Source of the DNA: Candidatus Levyibacteriota bacterium
Lineage (GTDB): Bacteria; Patescibacteriota; Microgenomatia; Levybacterales; UBA12049
Length of the DNA stretch: 64,000 bases
Assembly: GCA_003152105.1 (NCBI GenBank)
Contig: PLZJ01000002.1
Location: forward strand, 753,713 to 817,712
Reading direction: 5' to 3'
Below the pieces are notes generated by a model. That model was not told the DNA's origin. It saw only the letters and a program-made list of their open reading frames with translations, and made no database searches. This document shows, piece after piece, positions 1 to 10,250 of the stretch. The stretch's first letter is position 1; each line of letters begins with the position of its first letter. The position numbers were made by a program, and so were the translations under genes.

Positions 1-1
1 A

Positions 2-127
2 ACAACAGTTAATCAAATGGAAAAAATATATCTTCATTTAATAATGACAAATCGAAAAAGGTTATCGCTAAAAACTCCTAAAAAGATTTTAAGAAGAGTT
101 GCAAATAAAATCATCTTTACTCCATAA
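2..127 (+). CDS. 3' end of a gene entering from the left edge; product not identifiable
   Basis: Open frame from nt 2 (TTVNQMEKIYLHLIMTNRKRLSLKTPKKILRRVANKIIFTP) to TAA at 125-127. Confidence 0.4.
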   Translation, partial: TTVNQMEKIYLHLIMTNRKRLSLKTPKKILRRVANKIIFTP

Positions 128-164
128 CACGGAAAGCATCTTATTATGTTATACTTTCGTTCCT

Positions 165-611
165 ATGATGAAGTATAAGAAAAAAATGAGAAAACAGCTG
201 TCAAAATCAAATAAACAACATGCTTATGCTCTATCTTTACAAAAACTATTCAACTATATTGATATACGAGAATCTTATGTCAGTCTCATCTTGGGAGTTG
301 CAACGGTATTTTTAATTACCATTTCGTTATTTCTGGCAGTTCTTGGAAAAAATATTCATTTTACATTTTTTACTCCAACTTACCATACTAAATCGATCTA
401 TACACAAGGCATACAAACGGTTAATAAACAAAAATTACCTTCTAGCTCGATTTTGGGCAATTCTTACCTAGTAAAAGATGGAGATACGTTATGGGATATT
501 TCAATAAGAGCATATGGACGAGGAGACAAATGGGAGGATATTGTAAATGCAAATAATATTTATGACTCAGACTATATAATGGTTGGACAATCACTTGCTA
601 TACCTCGGTAA
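165..611 (+). CDS. Membrane-anchored LysM peptidoglycan-binding protein
   Basis: One TM segment (LILGVATVFLITISLFLAVL) and a C-terminal LysM motif YLVKDGDTLWDIS...WEDIVNANNI...IMVGQSLAIP; ATG 165 preferred over TTG 99 because TGnTATACT lies just upstream. Confidence 0.85.
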   Translation: MMKYKKKMRKQLSKSNKQHAYALSLQKLFNYIDIRESYVSLILGVATVFLITISLFLAVLGKNIHFTFFTPTYHTKSIYTQGIQTVNKQKLPSSSILGNSYLVKDGDTLWDISIRAYGRGDKWEDIVNANNIYDSDYIMVGQSLAIPR

Positions 612-614
612 GCA

Positions 615-642
615 TTGACACTTATTGGTTAATAAGTATAAT
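615..642 (+). promoter_or_regulatory. Sigma70-type promoter of tRNA-Gly
   Basis: Consensus TTGACA (615-620), 16 bp spacer, TATAAT (637-642), 8 nt before the tRNA. Confidence 0.8.
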
Positions 643-650
643 TGGTGTAT

Positions 651-722
651 GCGGTGGTAGTTCAGCGGTAGAATGTCTCCTTCCCAAGGAGAAGGTCGAG
701 GGTTCGACTCCCTTCCGCCGCT
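651..722 (+). tRNA. tRNA-Gly(CCC), CCA not encoded
   Basis: Acceptor GCGGTGG/CCGCCGC+T; anticodon arm TCTCC-TT-CCC-AA-GGAGA; T-arm GGTTCGACTCC. Confidence 0.97.
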
Positions 723-744
723 CTTATTGACTACCCACAACAAT

Positions 745-1680
745 ATGAAAAACACCTATTTACTAATTATCCTATTAATTGTTATAGCTTTTTTTGGTGT
801 TTCAAGTAAATTTTTTAGAAATCAGAAACCAATTACCACTGTTATTAAATCTTCAGTTATAACAACTCATATCTCTAAAAATTTTTTAAAACCAACAATA
901 ACACCCATAGACCAAGAGTTATTCGGAAATGAAATAGCATTATCAGTATCACAACCGGCTGATAAATCTTCTGTGACGTCACAAAACATTGTTATTTCAG
1001 GAAAAACTGTGCCTGATGCAGACGTTTTTGTAAATGCAAATAATGTTAATGTAGATTCTTCAGGAATTTTTTCAACAAACATTTCTTTAAGTGAAGGTGA
1101 AAATAATATCTTTATTGATTCAAATGATGCTACAGGAAATACTAATGAAAAAATTATTTCTGTAAATTATTTGCCAACGATCGAGAGCACTTCAGCTATA
1201 TATTTACCAAATGTTAAGGTTGTAGCACTAGGTCTTTCTTCTATTAGCGTAAATAATAATTCAGCAACAGTAGTAATATCACCTAATTCTCAAACTATCT
1301 TTAAAAACAACTTCTGGGATCAAATACAATTCCAGAAAATTAGCATTGGTGATTTACTGAGTGTTTATGGACTGTGGGATGATGCTACGCATACTAAAAT
1401 CAATACCTCATTTATTAGAGATGATTCCATCACAACAAGAACCGCAGTTGTATACGGCGTAGTAGAACGTTCCAATGTAAATACTATGGAAATAGCAACA
1501 CGTACACTTGGAAATACATCAGTTCTTATTAGCAGTTCTATTATTTATTACAATTTACAGAATAAAATTATTTTATATAATCAGTTAGAAAAAAACGATA
1601 AGGTTAGAGTATCAGGGGTTTTAGATGCTGCAAACCATCAGATAAGCGCAGTAATGAATATTAAAGATTTTGCTAGGTAA
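745..1680 (+). CDS. Membrane-anchored/secreted protein with an Ig-like domain and beta-rich repeats
   Basis: MKNTYLLIILLIVIAFFGV hydrophobic N-terminus at ATG 745 (the ORF-track start lies inside the tRNA); Ig-like ISGKTVPDADVFVN...G.FS..ISLSEGENNIFI..D..GN. Confidence 0.75.
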   Translation: MKNTYLLIILLIVIAFFGVSSKFFRNQKPITTVIKSSVITTHISKNFLKPTITPIDQELFGNEIALSVSQPADKSSVTSQNIVISGKTVPDADVFVNANNVNVDSSGIFSTNISLSEGENNIFIDSNDATGNTNEKIISVNYLPTIESTSAIYLPNVKVVALGLSSISVNNNSATVVISPNSQTIFKNNFWDQIQFQKISIGDLLSVYGLWDDATHTKINTSFIRDDSITTRTAVVYGVVERSNVNTMEIATRTLGNTSVLISSSIIYYNLQNKIILYNQLEKNDKVRVSGVLDAANHQISAVMNIKDFAR

Positions 1681-1737
1681 ATTGCCATGAATATTATTCA
1701 CTGTTGACGTATATGTGCTGATTTGATAATATAAATC

Positions 1738-3408
1738 GTGCCCCAATCAAAAGGAAACAAGACAAAGTATATTTTTGTTTCAGGAGGCGTAATTTCAGGA
1801 ATAGGTAAAGGAATTACAGCAGCCTCGATTTCTCTTCTTTTAAAATCTTCTGGTTACACTGTCGCACCAATTAAATTTGAAGGCTATTTAAATATAGATG
1901 CTGGTACTATAAACCCTATTGAACACGGAGATGTTTTTCTGTGTGATGACGGTGCAGAAACTGATATGGATATTGGAACTTATGAGAAGTTTTTGCAAGA
2001 GAACATGGGTAAAGAAAATTTTGTAACAATGGGTCAGATCTATAAAACGATTATCGATAAAGAGAGAAGATTTGAATATAACGGAGAGGATGTGGAAGCT
2101 GTTCATATTACCGAGGAAATTATTTCTCGAATTAATAAACTAGCATCAATTAAAAAGGCAGATATCGTTGTAATTGAACTTGGTGGAACAGCAGGAGAAT
2201 ATTGGAATGTATTTTATTATGAAGCAGCTCGATTATTAGCATTTCATAATCCAGGTGACGTTATCCATATTCATGTAAGTTATGTACCCACTCCAGGACA
2301 TTTAGGAGAACCAAAGACAAAACCCACACAACTTTCTGTTAGAACATTAAATTCAATGGGTATTCAACCGGATTTTATCGTTGCAAGATCAGAAAAACCG
2401 CTCGACCAAAGAAGAAAAGACAGATTTGCACTATTTTGCAACATGCATAGAGAAGATGTTATATCAAATCCAGATGTAAAATCAGTTTATGAAGTTCCAT
2501 TAGTTCTTGAAAAACAAGGTATTACTAAAAAAATAGTTGATAAACTCCACTTATCCGACAAAAAGCCTGAGATGAGTACTTGGGAAAACTTAGTTCAAAA
2601 AGTTTTGAAAAAGAAAGATCATACCGTTGAAATTGCTATTGTTGGAAAATACTTTGGAACAGGAGATTATCAGCTCAAGGATTCATATGCAGCACTTTTT
2701 GATGCTTTAGACCATGCAGGATTTGCCAAAAATACCAAAATTCATACTAAATGGATTGATGCAGAAAAAATCACAGATCAGAATATTGAAGAAATAATCG
2801 GTCAACCAAATGGTATAATTGTGCCTATTGGTTGGGGAGAAAGAGGAGCGGAGGGCATGATAAAAGCAGCAAACTACGCCCGAGTAAAACAAATTCCTTA
2901 TTTAGGTTTATGTTATGGAATGCAACTTGCTTGTATCGCGTTTGGAAGGTATGTGATTGGATTAACTGATGCAAACAGTGATGAAAATACCAAAACTATT
3001 AATAATATTATCCATTTTATGCCTGAACAAAAAGCAATTACTGAAAAGAGAGCATATGGTGGAACAATGAGACTTGGAGCTTGGGAAGCAATTATTAAAG
3101 AAAATACATTAGCATATCAATTATATGATACTTATAATGGTTTTATTGATAAAGCAAAAAGATTAACAAGCGAAAGGCATCGACATAGATATGAATTTAA
3201 CGATACATTTGTTTCTCAGTTTGAAAATGCAGGTTTCATATTTAGTGGTAGATCAGTTGAAGAAAATTTAGTGGAAATTATTGAACTTCCTAAATCACAA
3301 CACCCTTTTTATATAGGAACTCAGGGTCATCCAGAGTATAAAAGTAGACCTCTTTCTCCTCACCCGATTTTCTTAGGTTTTATTCAAGCATGTATAAATA
3401 CGTCCTGA
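1738..3408 (+). CDS. pyrG: CTP synthase
   Basis: KYIFVSGGVISGIGKG, GLCYGMQ, ERHRHRYEFN, HPEYKSRP motifs. Confidence 0.98.
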   Translation: MPQSKGNKTKYIFVSGGVISGIGKGITAASISLLLKSSGYTVAPIKFEGYLNIDAGTINPIEHGDVFLCDDGAETDMDIGTYEKFLQENMGKENFVTMGQIYKTIIDKERRFEYNGEDVEAVHITEEIISRINKLASIKKADIVVIELGGTAGEYWNVFYYEAARLLAFHNPGDVIHIHVSYVPTPGHLGEPKTKPTQLSVRTLNSMGIQPDFIVARSEKPLDQRRKDRFALFCNMHREDVISNPDVKSVYEVPLVLEKQGITKKIVDKLHLSDKKPEMSTWENLVQKVLKKKDHTVEIAIVGKYFGTGDYQLKDSYAALFDALDHAGFAKNTKIHTKWIDAEKITDQNIEEIIGQPNGIIVPIGWGERGAEGMIKAANYARVKQIPYLGLCYGMQLACIAFGRYVIGLTDANSDENTKTINNIIHFMPEQKAITEKRAYGGTMRLGAWEAIIKENTLAYQLYDTYNGFIDKAKRLTSERHRHRYEFNDTFVSQFENAGFIFSGRSVEENLVEIIELPKSQHPFYIGTQGHPEYKSRPLSPHPIFLGFIQACINTS

Positions 3409-3428
3409 GTAAAGATTTCCTTACTTAC

Positions 3429-3457
3429 TTGAGCTTTGATTTTAAATTTAGTATAAT
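3429..3457 (+). promoter_or_regulatory. Leaderless-type promoter of rplS
   Basis: TTGAGC-17-TATAAT ending 6 nt before ATG 3464. Confidence 0.65.
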
Positions 3458-3463
3458 AGCTTC

Positions 3464-3748
3464 ATGTTACAAAGTGTTACATTTAATCCCGGTGATATAG
3501 TACAGGTATATCAAAAAATATCTGAGGGTGAAAAAACTCGAATTCAGATATTTGAAGGCACGGTACTTGGTATTCGTGGTAGAGGTGAAAATAAGATGTA
3601 TACTGTTCGAAAAGTTGTAGACGGCATTGCAGTTGAAAAAATATTTCCTCTCTTATCTCCAAGTATTGAAAAAGTTGTCATAAAAGGACACCAAAAAAGA
3701 AGAGTTAGAAGAGCAAAGCTTACTTTTATGAGATCTTCAATTAAATAA
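3464..3748 (+). CDS. rplS: 50S ribosomal protein L19 (short form)
   Basis: FNPGDIVQVYQKISEGEKTRIQIFEGTV...TVRK...GIAVEKIFPL.SP...VRRAKL. Confidence 0.97.
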   Translation: MLQSVTFNPGDIVQVYQKISEGEKTRIQIFEGTVLGIRGRGENKMYTVRKVVDGIAVEKIFPLLSPSIEKVVIKGHQKRRVRRAKLTFMRSSIK

Positions 3749-3807
3749 TAGCGCTGCAGTAAGCTTCTTTTTCTAGTACAATATAGTAAGATTAGTTATT
3801 TTTCTAC

Positions 3808-5208
3808 ATGTTAGATAAAAAAGTTAAAATCATTGCAACTATTGGCCCCTCATCTCAAAGTAGTGAAATGATTCAAGCATTAGCAGAAAAAGGTACAGAT
3901 ATATTCCGTATTAATTTATCTCATGCTACAGAAAATCAATTAAGCTCTGTAGTATCAAATGTTAGGCTTGCAGAGACTAAACTAAATAAGCATTTATCAG
4001 TATTAGTTGATTTACCTGGACCTAAGATTAGAATAGGTTCAGTTATTGATGGGGCAAGTCTTAAGATCGGAGATACACTTAAAATACATTATAAGGATAT
4101 ACAAGGTACAGAATCAGACACATCATTAAATTATCCATCTATTCTTAAAAATATAGCTCCAGGAACCATTATGTATATTGATGATGGAAATATAAAATTG
4201 CTAGCTGAAGAAAATAATAATGAATATGTAAGAGCAACAGTACTTGTTGGTGGACCGTTAATTTCATATAAAGGATTTTCTGCAGAAGGTATTTCATATA
4301 CTAAAAATGGTGTATCTGAAAACGACAAAAAAAGCATCGAGCTACTTTTAAAATATGATGTTGATGCAATCGCAATTTCTTTCACGCAATCTGCAGCTGA
4401 TGTTACAGACATTAAAAATTTACTTCCATCAAATTCCACAAAACTTCTAATTGCAAAAATTGAAACAGAAGCAGGAGTTGAAAATGCAGAGGAAATTTTA
4501 AAAGTAGCGGATGGATTAATGGTTGCAAGAGGAGATCTTGGTCTTTCAGTTCCATTTGCTACAGTACCAAATATACAAAAACAACTTATAAAATTATGTA
4601 ATAAAAAAGCTAAACCAGTAATAACTGCAACGCAAATGCTGGAATCAATGATAAATAAACCTCTCCCTACTCGTGCAGAAGTAACTGATGTAGCAAATGC
4701 AATTATTGACGGGACAGATGCAGTAATGCTGTCTGCTGAAACAACTATTGGAAAATATCCATTGGAATCTGTGGATACTTTAGTTAAAATAATTTTGGAA
4801 ACGTTAAAACACTCACTGTTTTCTGAAGAAAATGCTGATATTGAACTTGGCAATGCAGTTTCTCATGCAGCAGGTATAATCGCGGATCAAATCAACTCCA
4901 AATTAATTATCGCATTTACGCAAAGCGGAGTAACAGCACAAAGAATTGCCAAATATAGACATAAACAGCCAATAATTGCCGCCTCTCAAGAACTTTCAAC
5001 ACTTAGGAACTTAAATTTCAGTTGGGGAGTGTATCCATTTCAAATAAGTAAAACAGAAGGATTTTCAGATTTAAGAAAACAAGCGCTCGAAATTGTTACT
5101 AAAAATGAATTTGTTACAGTTGAGAAAAATGATACCTATGTTATTGCAGCAGGAATGCCTTTTGGTCAAAGTGGGACTACAAATATGATTTTTATAGATA
5201 AAGTCTGA
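3808..5208 (+). CDS. pyk: Pyruvate kinase
   Basis: KIIATIGPSS, DLPGPKIRIG, AKIE, MVARGDLG, TATQMLESM, PTRAEVTDVANA, MLSAET. Confidence 0.98.
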   Translation: MLDKKVKIIATIGPSSQSSEMIQALAEKGTDIFRINLSHATENQLSSVVSNVRLAETKLNKHLSVLVDLPGPKIRIGSVIDGASLKIGDTLKIHYKDIQGTESDTSLNYPSILKNIAPGTIMYIDDGNIKLLAEENNNEYVRATVLVGGPLISYKGFSAEGISYTKNGVSENDKKSIELLLKYDVDAIAISFTQSAADVTDIKNLLPSNSTKLLIAKIETEAGVENAEEILKVADGLMVARGDLGLSVPFATVPNIQKQLIKLCNKKAKPVITATQMLESMINKPLPTRAEVTDVANAIIDGTDAVMLSAETTIGKYPLESVDTLVKIILETLKHSLFSEENADIELGNAVSHAAGIIADQINSKLIIAFTQSGVTAQRIAKYRHKQPIIAASQELSTLRNLNFSWGVYPFQISKTEGFSDLRKQALEIVTKNEFVTVEKNDTYVIAAGMPFGQSGTTNMIFIDKV

Positions 5209-5217
5209 TTGCTTTCT

Positions 5218-7215
5218 TTATTTTGCTTCAACAATTTTAATTCTATCTCTAAGCATCGCAGCGGTTTCAAAATCTAAATCCTTTGCAGCTTGTCTCATAT
5301 GAGATCTCAGCACTTTAATAATTTTTATTTTTTCGTCAGGTAAAATAACTTCTTTTTCAGTAAGCTGTAAGATTTCATTATCAGGTTTCTTTTCATTTTC
5401 TTCCTCTAGTGTGACGAGCTTTGCTCGAATTGATTTTTGGATACCAAGTGGAGTAATAGAATGTTTTTTATTATACGCGGTTTGAATTTTTCTTCTTCTT
5501 TCTACTTCAGACATTGCTTCTTGCATTGATTTTGTCACTTTGTCAGCATACATAATTACGCATGAATCTAAATTCCTTGCTGCTCTTCCCATTGTTTGAA
5601 TCAAAGCACTGCGTGACCTCAAAAAACCTTCTTTGTCTGCATCGAGTATAATTACTAAAGAAACTTCTGGTAAGTCTAATCCTTCTCGAAGTAAGTTTAT
5701 TCCAACAATAACATCATAGTCACCAAATCGTAGTTTATCTAATACATCTTGCCTTTTAAGCGTTTCAATATCTGAATGTAAATAAGCAACTTTAACTTTT
5801 CTTTCCTCTAAAAAGCTTGCTAATTCTTCTGCCATTCGTTTTGTAAGCGTTGTGACAAGAACCCGTTGCCCTTTGTCACTTCTTTTTTTGATCTCATCCA
5901 TTAAATCAGGTATTTGTCCTTCTGATTTTCTTACTTCAATTATTGGATCAACAAGCCCAGTAGGTCTTATTAGTTGCTCGATAACACCGTTATCTGATTC
6001 TTTTGATAAAGAAATTTCATACGGATTTGGGGTTGCCGATATATAAGTAACTTGGTGTACTCTTTGCATAAACTCATCAAACCTAAGAGGTCTATTATCT
6101 AAAGCAGATGGTAATCTAAATCCATAGTCAATTAACATTTCCTTTCTTGCACGATCACCGTTATACATACCTCGTATCTGTGGTAATGTCATGTGTGATT
6201 CATCAATAAAGAGTAGCCATTCTTTATTATTTTGTTCAAAATAATCGAGTAGACTAAATGGTGGATCTCCTGGTTTACGTCCATCAAAATATCTAGAATA
6301 ATTTTCAATTCCATTTACAAATCCAAGTTCATTTATCATTTCTAAGTCATATTCAGTACGTTGTTTTAATCGATGAGCTTCGAATAGTTTGTTTTGCTTC
6401 TTAAATTGCTCAACGCGTTCTTCCAAATCATGCCTAATTTGTGCAAAAACTGATTTATAGGAAGCAGGATCAGTCATGTAATGTTTTGCAGGGTATATAA
6501 CACTTTCTTTTCTATCTTCTAAAGTATCGCCAGTTATTGGGTCAAAATCTATAAGTTTTGTAATTATGCTATCTTCAATTTCTATCCTAAGTCCAATATC
6601 CGTATATGCAGGGAATACATCTAAAGATTCACCACGTATTCTAAAACTTCCTCGTTTGAATCCATAATCATAGCGCTCATACTGTAAGTCTGCTAATCTG
6701 AGTAAAATATCTTTTTGGGATATTTCCATTTGTTTTGATAAATGAAGTATAAATTTACCATATTCAGCAGGTGACCCAAGATTATATATGCAAGATACCG
6801 ACGAAACTACAATTACATCTTTTCTTGTTAATAGATTCGTGGTAGATGCGAGTCTTAACTTATCTATTTCTTCATTAATCTCAACTTCTTTCTCAATGTA
6901 TGTATCTGATTGCGGAATGTACGCTTCAGGCTGATAATAATCATAATATGACACAAAATATGAAACAGCGTTGTGAGGAAAAAAATCTCTAAACTCTTGA
7001 TACAATTGTCCTGCAAGTGTTTTATTGTGAGAAATAATCAGTGTTGGCCTCTGTAAGTTTTGAATAACGTTGGCAATCGTAAATGTTTTTCCACTCCCAG
7101 TAACACCAAGAAGTACTTGATTCTGTACATTATTTTGTAAGTTTTCAGTTAAGTTTTTAATTGCTACCGGTTGATCACCGGTAGGTTTAAAATCTGATAC
7201 AAGCTTAAAATTCAT
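5218..7215 (-). CDS. uvrB: Excinuclease ABC subunit B
   Basis: PTGDQP, LGVTGSGKT, YYDYYQPEAY, DESH, GFRLPSALDNRPL, C-terminal UVR domain; start at ATG 7215 (MNFKL), 6 nt after TGCTACAAT. Confidence 0.98.
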   Translation of the reverse strand: MNFKLVSDFKPTGDQPVAIKNLTENLQNNVQNQVLLGVTGSGKTFTIANVIQNLQRPTLIISHNKTLAGQLYQEFRDFFPHNAVSYFVSYYDYYQPEAYIPQSDTYIEKEVEINEEIDKLRLASTTNLLTRKDVIVVSSVSCIYNLGSPAEYGKFILHLSKQMEISQKDILLRLADLQYERYDYGFKRGSFRIRGESLDVFPAYTDIGLRIEIEDSIITKLIDFDPITGDTLEDRKESVIYPAKHYMTDPASYKSVFAQIRHDLEERVEQFKKQNKLFEAHRLKQRTEYDLEMINELGFVNGIENYSRYFDGRKPGDPPFSLLDYFEQNNKEWLLFIDESHMTLPQIRGMYNGDRARKEMLIDYGFRLPSALDNRPLRFDEFMQRVHQVTYISATPNPYEISLSKESDNGVIEQLIRPTGLVDPIIEVRKSEGQIPDLMDEIKKRSDKGQRVLVTTLTKRMAEELASFLEERKVKVAYLHSDIETLKRQDVLDKLRFGDYDVIVGINLLREGLDLPEVSLVIILDADKEGFLRSRSALIQTMGRAARNLDSCVIMYADKVTKSMQEAMSEVERRRKIQTAYNKKHSITPLGIQKSIRAKLVTLEEENEKKPDNEILQLTEKEVILPDEKIKIIKVLRSHMRQAAKDLDFETAAMLRDRIKIVEAK

Positions 7216-7355
7216 AGAGTTATTGTAGCACAATACTTAGTTGACGCATTTTTGAGAAATAAAAATTGATATATTTTGTATACATATGTTCTCTTGACAA
7301 GGTTCTAGTATTTTTCGTATAAAATAATAGTATTCTTTTTAAGATACAAATCAAT

Positions 7356-7985
7356 ATGCCAGGAGTATTATATAAAAAAGAAAGAGAAGTATTGGAGTAT
7401 ATTGCTCAATTTCAAAAACATCATGGGTATTCTCCTACGTTAAAAGAAATTGCCCAAGCAACAGGTCATCGTGCTAATTCAACTATCCATACACTTATTA
7501 GATCTTTAGTAGAAAAAGGTTATATTCAAAAAGTAGATGGAAACACAAGAGTGCTTAAGATTCTCGATCAAAAAACTGCAGATAGAATGCTAGGTGCAGA
7601 ACCTTCTTTGGAGCTACCATTAATGGGATATATAGCTGCAGGAAAACCTTTAGAGCCACATACAGATCCTAATGCTACTTTTCAAGTAAGTGCATCAATG
7701 ATTACAGGTAAAAAAACTGCTTATGTTCTTCAAGTTAAAGGAAACTCGATGATTGAAGATGGTATTTTAGATGGAGATTTTGTCGTAGTTGAAAGAACAA
7801 ATCAAGCATATAACGGAGATATTGTCGTTGCACTCGTAGATAATAACTTGGCTACGTTAAAACGATTTTATAAAGAAGGAGAAAGAGTTATCCTTAAGCC
7901 TGCTAATGCTACTATGGAGCCAATTTACCCAACATCTTTAACAATACAAGGCAAAGCAGTAGGTGTTATAAGAAAATATCAGTAA
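7356..7985 (+). CDS. lexA: SOS repressor LexA
   Basis: Winged HTH (GYSPTLKEIA), Ala-Gly cleavage site (IAAG), GNSM Ser and TLKRF Lys; divergent from uvrB. Confidence 0.96.
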   Translation: MPGVLYKKEREVLEYIAQFQKHHGYSPTLKEIAQATGHRANSTIHTLIRSLVEKGYIQKVDGNTRVLKILDQKTADRMLGAEPSLELPLMGYIAAGKPLEPHTDPNATFQVSASMITGKKTAYVLQVKGNSMIEDGILDGDFVVVERTNQAYNGDIVVALVDNNLATLKRFYKEGERVILKPANATMEPIYPTSLTIQGKAVGVIRKYQ

Positions 7986-7988
7986 TTT

Positions 7989-8894
7989 CTATTTTTTACT
8001 ACATAAATGTATTAATTGACTTATTGCTTCTTCAAAAGTAAATCCTGCTGCTTCTACTGCTTTTGGAAATAAACTTTGATTCGTAAGGCCTGGTATACTA
8101 TTTATTTCTAAGACATAAATTTGATCTTTTGTAATAATAAAATCAGTTCTTGAAAGATATTTAAATCCTAACTCTCTATGAATGCGTAGTGCTATTTTTT
8201 TAATTTTTTCTTGCAAGGCAGGTAAGAGAGAAGGAGCAAAGGGAATCTCTTTCGTCTTTCCATTATACTTATTATCATAGGTAAACAATTCTTTATTGGG
8301 AGTTTGAATTTCAATTAACGGAAGAACTTTTTTTTCTAAAATCCCTACGGTTACTTCTATGCCAGTTATATATGATTCAATCATAACTTCATGATATTTA
8401 TCAAATATATAAGTAGCAATATTATTTAAATCTTCTTTATTGCCTACAATCTGCACGTCTATGCTTGATCCGTTTTCAAGTGGCTTAATAATGACAGGGT
8501 AAATAAATGGCATATTATTAATGGTTTTTCTTGTTGCAATAAACCAATCTGGTGTTTTAATACCAAGAGATTTACATATATTTTTAAATGTACGCTTATT
8601 CCAACTTTTATGACATGTACTTGATGTTGGACCAATAAATTGCAATTTATTTTTTTCCAAAAAGTACGATAATTTTCCATCTTCGCCTTCAAAACCATGT
8701 AAAACAGGAAATATGACTGTATATTGTAAAAGAAGTGGTAATAAGTTATATAAGCCTAAACGAATATCAAATATTTTTACCCGGTAGTCTAAATTTTTAA
8801 TTGTTTCAAATATATTTGTAGCAGAAAGTAATGAAATTTCTTTTTCATCACATGTACCTCCAGTTAGAATAGCAATTGATGGTGGTTTATTCAT
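7989..8894 (-). CDS. ddl: D-alanine--D-alanine ligase
   Basis: GG...EKEISLLSA, LHGFEGEDG, KP..GSS, TYDNKY, RTDF, EINSIPGLT..SLFP. Confidence 0.95.
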   Translation of the reverse strand: MNKPPSIAILTGGTCDEKEISLLSATNIFETIKNLDYRVKIFDIRLGLYNLLPLLLQYTVIFPVLHGFEGEDGKLSYFLEKNKLQFIGPTSSTCHKSWNKRTFKNICKSLGIKTPDWFIATRKTINNMPFIYPVIIKPLENGSSIDVQIVGNKEDLNNIATYIFDKYHEVMIESYITGIEVTVGILEKKVLPLIEIQTPNKELFTYDNKYNGKTKEIPFAPSLLPALQEKIKKIALRIHRELGFKYLSRTDFIITKDQIYVLEINSIPGLTNQSLFPKAVEAAGFTFEEAISQLIHLCSKK

Positions 8895-8930
8895 AGATAA
8901 AAGAATATCCAGATAAGCCTATGTAGGAGA

Positions 8931-9557
8931 TTATTTTTTAAACTTTTTAGTAAGTTTTAATTTATGTTCAATATAAAAAAGTATAAGAAGCACTAAGGCA
9001 ATGACAATTCCAATTTCGAATTTATGGAATATTGGTCCAAGGGTAGTCCATTTACTGCCAACATAGTAACCAAAATAAATTAAACATGCACACCATACTA
9101 GGGAACCAGTAAGGGTATAGATGCAAAATCGCTTTAAATTCATTTTAAAGGCTCCAGCAGGTAATGAAATAACGTAACGAAGGCCTGGCAATAGTTTTCC
9201 AATAAACACGATTTTACTGCCGTATTTATCAAACCAGATTTCTGCTTTTTTATATTCATGTTCAGAAAGCAATATAAATTTTCCATATTTTCGAATTAAG
9301 GTTAAGATCACATGATCTTCTAAAAAATAGCCAATACCATAACCAATTAAGGAGCCCGTTAAGTCACCAAGTGAAGCTACTAAAACTATTAGTGGGAAAC
9401 TAAATACACCGTTGTGAGTTAGATATCCAGTAAATGGGAGAGTGATTTCAGAAGGTACGGGAATTAACGCAGAACCGAGTGCCATTAAGAAAAAGACGCC
9501 AAGATAGCCAGTTGAGTGAATAATTTGTATAATAAGGGACGAAAGTAGTTCAACCAT
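8931..9557 (-). CDS. DedA family membrane protein
   Basis: GYLGVFFLMALGSALIPVPSEITLPFTG; WFDKYG...GKLLPGLRYVISLPAG. Confidence 0.93.
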   Translation of the reverse strand: MVELLSSLIIQIIHSTGYLGVFFLMALGSALIPVPSEITLPFTGYLTHNGVFSFPLIVLVASLGDLTGSLIGYGIGYFLEDHVILTLIRKYGKFILLSEHEYKKAEIWFDKYGSKIVFIGKLLPGLRYVISLPAGAFKMNLKRFCIYTLTGSLVWCACLIYFGYYVGSKWTTLGPIFHKFEIGIVIALVLLILFYIEHKLKLTKKFKK

Positions 9558-10250
9558 ATGGGAATATTATACATTGTAGCTACCCCAATTGGCAATTTAA
9601 AAGATATAACAATCCGTGCAAAAGAAATTTTGGAGAAGGTTGAGTTTATAGCGTGCGAAGATACACGAAGAACAGGATTACTAATTAAACAGTTAGGAAT
9701 AGAAAAAAAAGCAAGGTTCATTTCTTTTTATGAAGAAAATGAACAGATTAAAATGTATGAGATTATTGCTTTATTACAAAAAGGAAACAATGTGGCGCTC
9801 GTTTCAGATGCAGGAACTCCTACAATTTCTGATCCAGGATTTAAGTTAGTAAGAGAATGTATAGCTATTGGTATTGCAGTTGAATCTATTCCAGGTCCAA
9901 GTTCAGTAATAACTGCACTGACAGTATCTGGGCTTCCTACTGATAAGTTTTTATTTATTGGTTATTTACCTAAAAAACCTGGTAAACGATTAAAATTACT
10001 TGAAGAATTAAAAAAAACACATCAAAACACAGATCAACTAAAATCGACAATTATTTTACTTGAATCACCACACAGACTAATCAAAAGCTTAGAAGAATTA
10101 CGTGTTGCTTATGGTAATATCTACATCGTGATTGCAAGAGAATTAACAAAAATGTATGAAGAAGTAAGACGAGAAGAAATTATAAATAGCATTGCACATT
10201 TTAGTAAAACTCCTCCAAAAGGTGAATTCGTATTGCTTTTTATTCTTTAA
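9558..10250 (+). CDS. rsmI: 16S rRNA (cytidine-1402-2'-O)-methyltransferase
   Basis: LYIVATPIGNLKDIT, ACEDTRRT, LVSDAGTPTISDPG, ESPHR, ARELTK, KGEF. Confidence 0.97.
   Translation: MGILYIVATPIGNLKDITIRAKEILEKVEFIACEDTRRTGLLIKQLGIEKKARFISFYEENEQIKMYEIIALLQKGNNVALVSDAGTPTISDPGFKLVRECIAIGIAVESIPGPSSVITALTVSGLPTDKFLFIGYLPKKPGKRLKLLEELKKTHQNTDQLKSTIILLESPHRLIKSLEELRVAYGNIYIVIARELTKMYEEVRREEIINSIAHFSKTPPKGEFVLLFIL

Noticed and set aside
673-744. ORF-track N-terminus (MSPSQGEGRGFDSLPP) of the 673-1680 ORF
   Set aside because: It is a translation of tRNA-Gly; the real start is ATG 745, so it is not another MSP-type tag.
4131-4853. 240-aa minus-strand ORF
   Set aside because: Antisense shadow of pyk with no recognisable motif.
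7216-7355. Candidate SOS boxes between uvrB and lexA (ATAC-N4-GTTC near 7280-7291; TAGTATT direct repeat)
   Set aside because: Degenerate, AT-rich and not found upstream of uvrA; the LexA site cannot be assigned without comparative data.
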